Shown here one piece after another: positions 63,360-64,000 of a stretch of 64,000 bases of DNA. Origin of the DNA: Dipteris shenzhenensis (taxonomy: Eukaryota); NCBI GenBank assembly GCA_047967505.1, contig CM106538.1. The stretch is one strand, 5' to 3'. A program made the position numbers and the translations under genes. The notes beneath the pieces were generated by a model. The model did not search any database and was not told where the DNA came from. It worked only from the letters and a program-made list of their open reading frames with translations. Each line of letters starts with the position of its first letter. Positions within the stretch are counted from its first letter, which is position 1.

Positions 63360-63975
63360 TTAGTGCAATGAAGTATAAATGAGTGAGTGACCTGACCAAT
63401 ATAAAAAATATGTCCCATGTGTATTCTTGGTTGATGTTGACCTTGTCCATATATGGTCAATAGTGGACCCATGGATAGTTGTGGGTACTATAATGAGTTG
63501 TTTCATGTTGTGTTGCATGAATTGTAATAGGTTTGATATGTTTGTGTTGCTGGAGTTGTAGTTAATATTGAAATTGCCTACAATGTATGTTTCTATGTTA
63601 GTTGGTATTTTCTTGTACAAATCTTGCAATATTTGAATGAGGGCGACTATTTTTGCTTGTGGGGATTTGTACACATTTATTATCACTACTTGTTTATTGA
63701 AATCTTTTTCCAAAGTTGTGATTAGGCATTCACAACCGTGCATGTCAATGTTTATTGTATGCACAATTTTGAAAAAAAAATTAAAGTATGTAGCAAGGCC
63801 CAAACCTTGGGTTGTCATGATGTTGTCACACCTTGGTAGTGTTATGTTGTTTGATGAATGGGTGTGGGTTTCCTACAGGCATAGTATTGATGCATCCATG
63901 ATGGCTTGGGAATGCATGATGTCTTGTTTATGGCAGTGAAAAGACCTGGTGTTCAAACTTTGTAATGTGTTCATA
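63360..63975 (-). pseudogene. Apurinic/apyrimidinic-type (Exo_endo_phos) endonuclease domain, Helentron-like C-terminal position
   Basis: One frame: SLNTRSFHCHKQDI...SILCL*ETH...IINVYKSP...IVGNFNIN...PTTIHGSTIDHIWT...GTYFLYWSGHSLIYTSLH*. Single internal TAG at 63873-63875. Confidence 0.8.
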
Positions 63976-64000
63976 ATGTTCTCTTCGCTTGTGAGATTTT

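Noticed and set aside
1-64000. tRNA, rRNA or prokaryotic operon/defence system
   Set aside because: None seen; the TGGTATCAGAGC matches are retrotransposon primer binding sites, not tRNA genes.

Overview
Eukaryotic land-plant nuclear DNA dominated by nested, mostly decayed transposons. A fern or other large-genome plant is my guess from style only. The one clearly intact host gene is an intronless 3-ketoacyl-CoA synthase (KCS/FAE1-like, minus strand, 51248-52603). Mobile content includes a near full-length Ty3/Gypsy chromovirus with mismatched LTRs (761-8305), a second chromovirus 3' end, several Ty1/Copia relics, and LINE relics. A young integrase-less Copia (29721-34130; 201-bp LTRs with 2 mismatches, TSD TTTGT) sits inside a CACTA transposase, and two CACTA halves lie in opposite orientations. 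At the right edge is an AP-endonuclease domain with Helentron-like C-terminal signatures. The least explained stretch is 41.7-50 kb: a spliced pseudogene of unknown family, a head-to-head pair of paralogous small ORFs sharing WI/RDxR/YGRF motifs, a third unknown ORF, and a ~245-bp-arm fold-back at its 3' end. No rRNA, tRNA or CRISPR was seen. All calls come from reading and hand translation; no searches were run.
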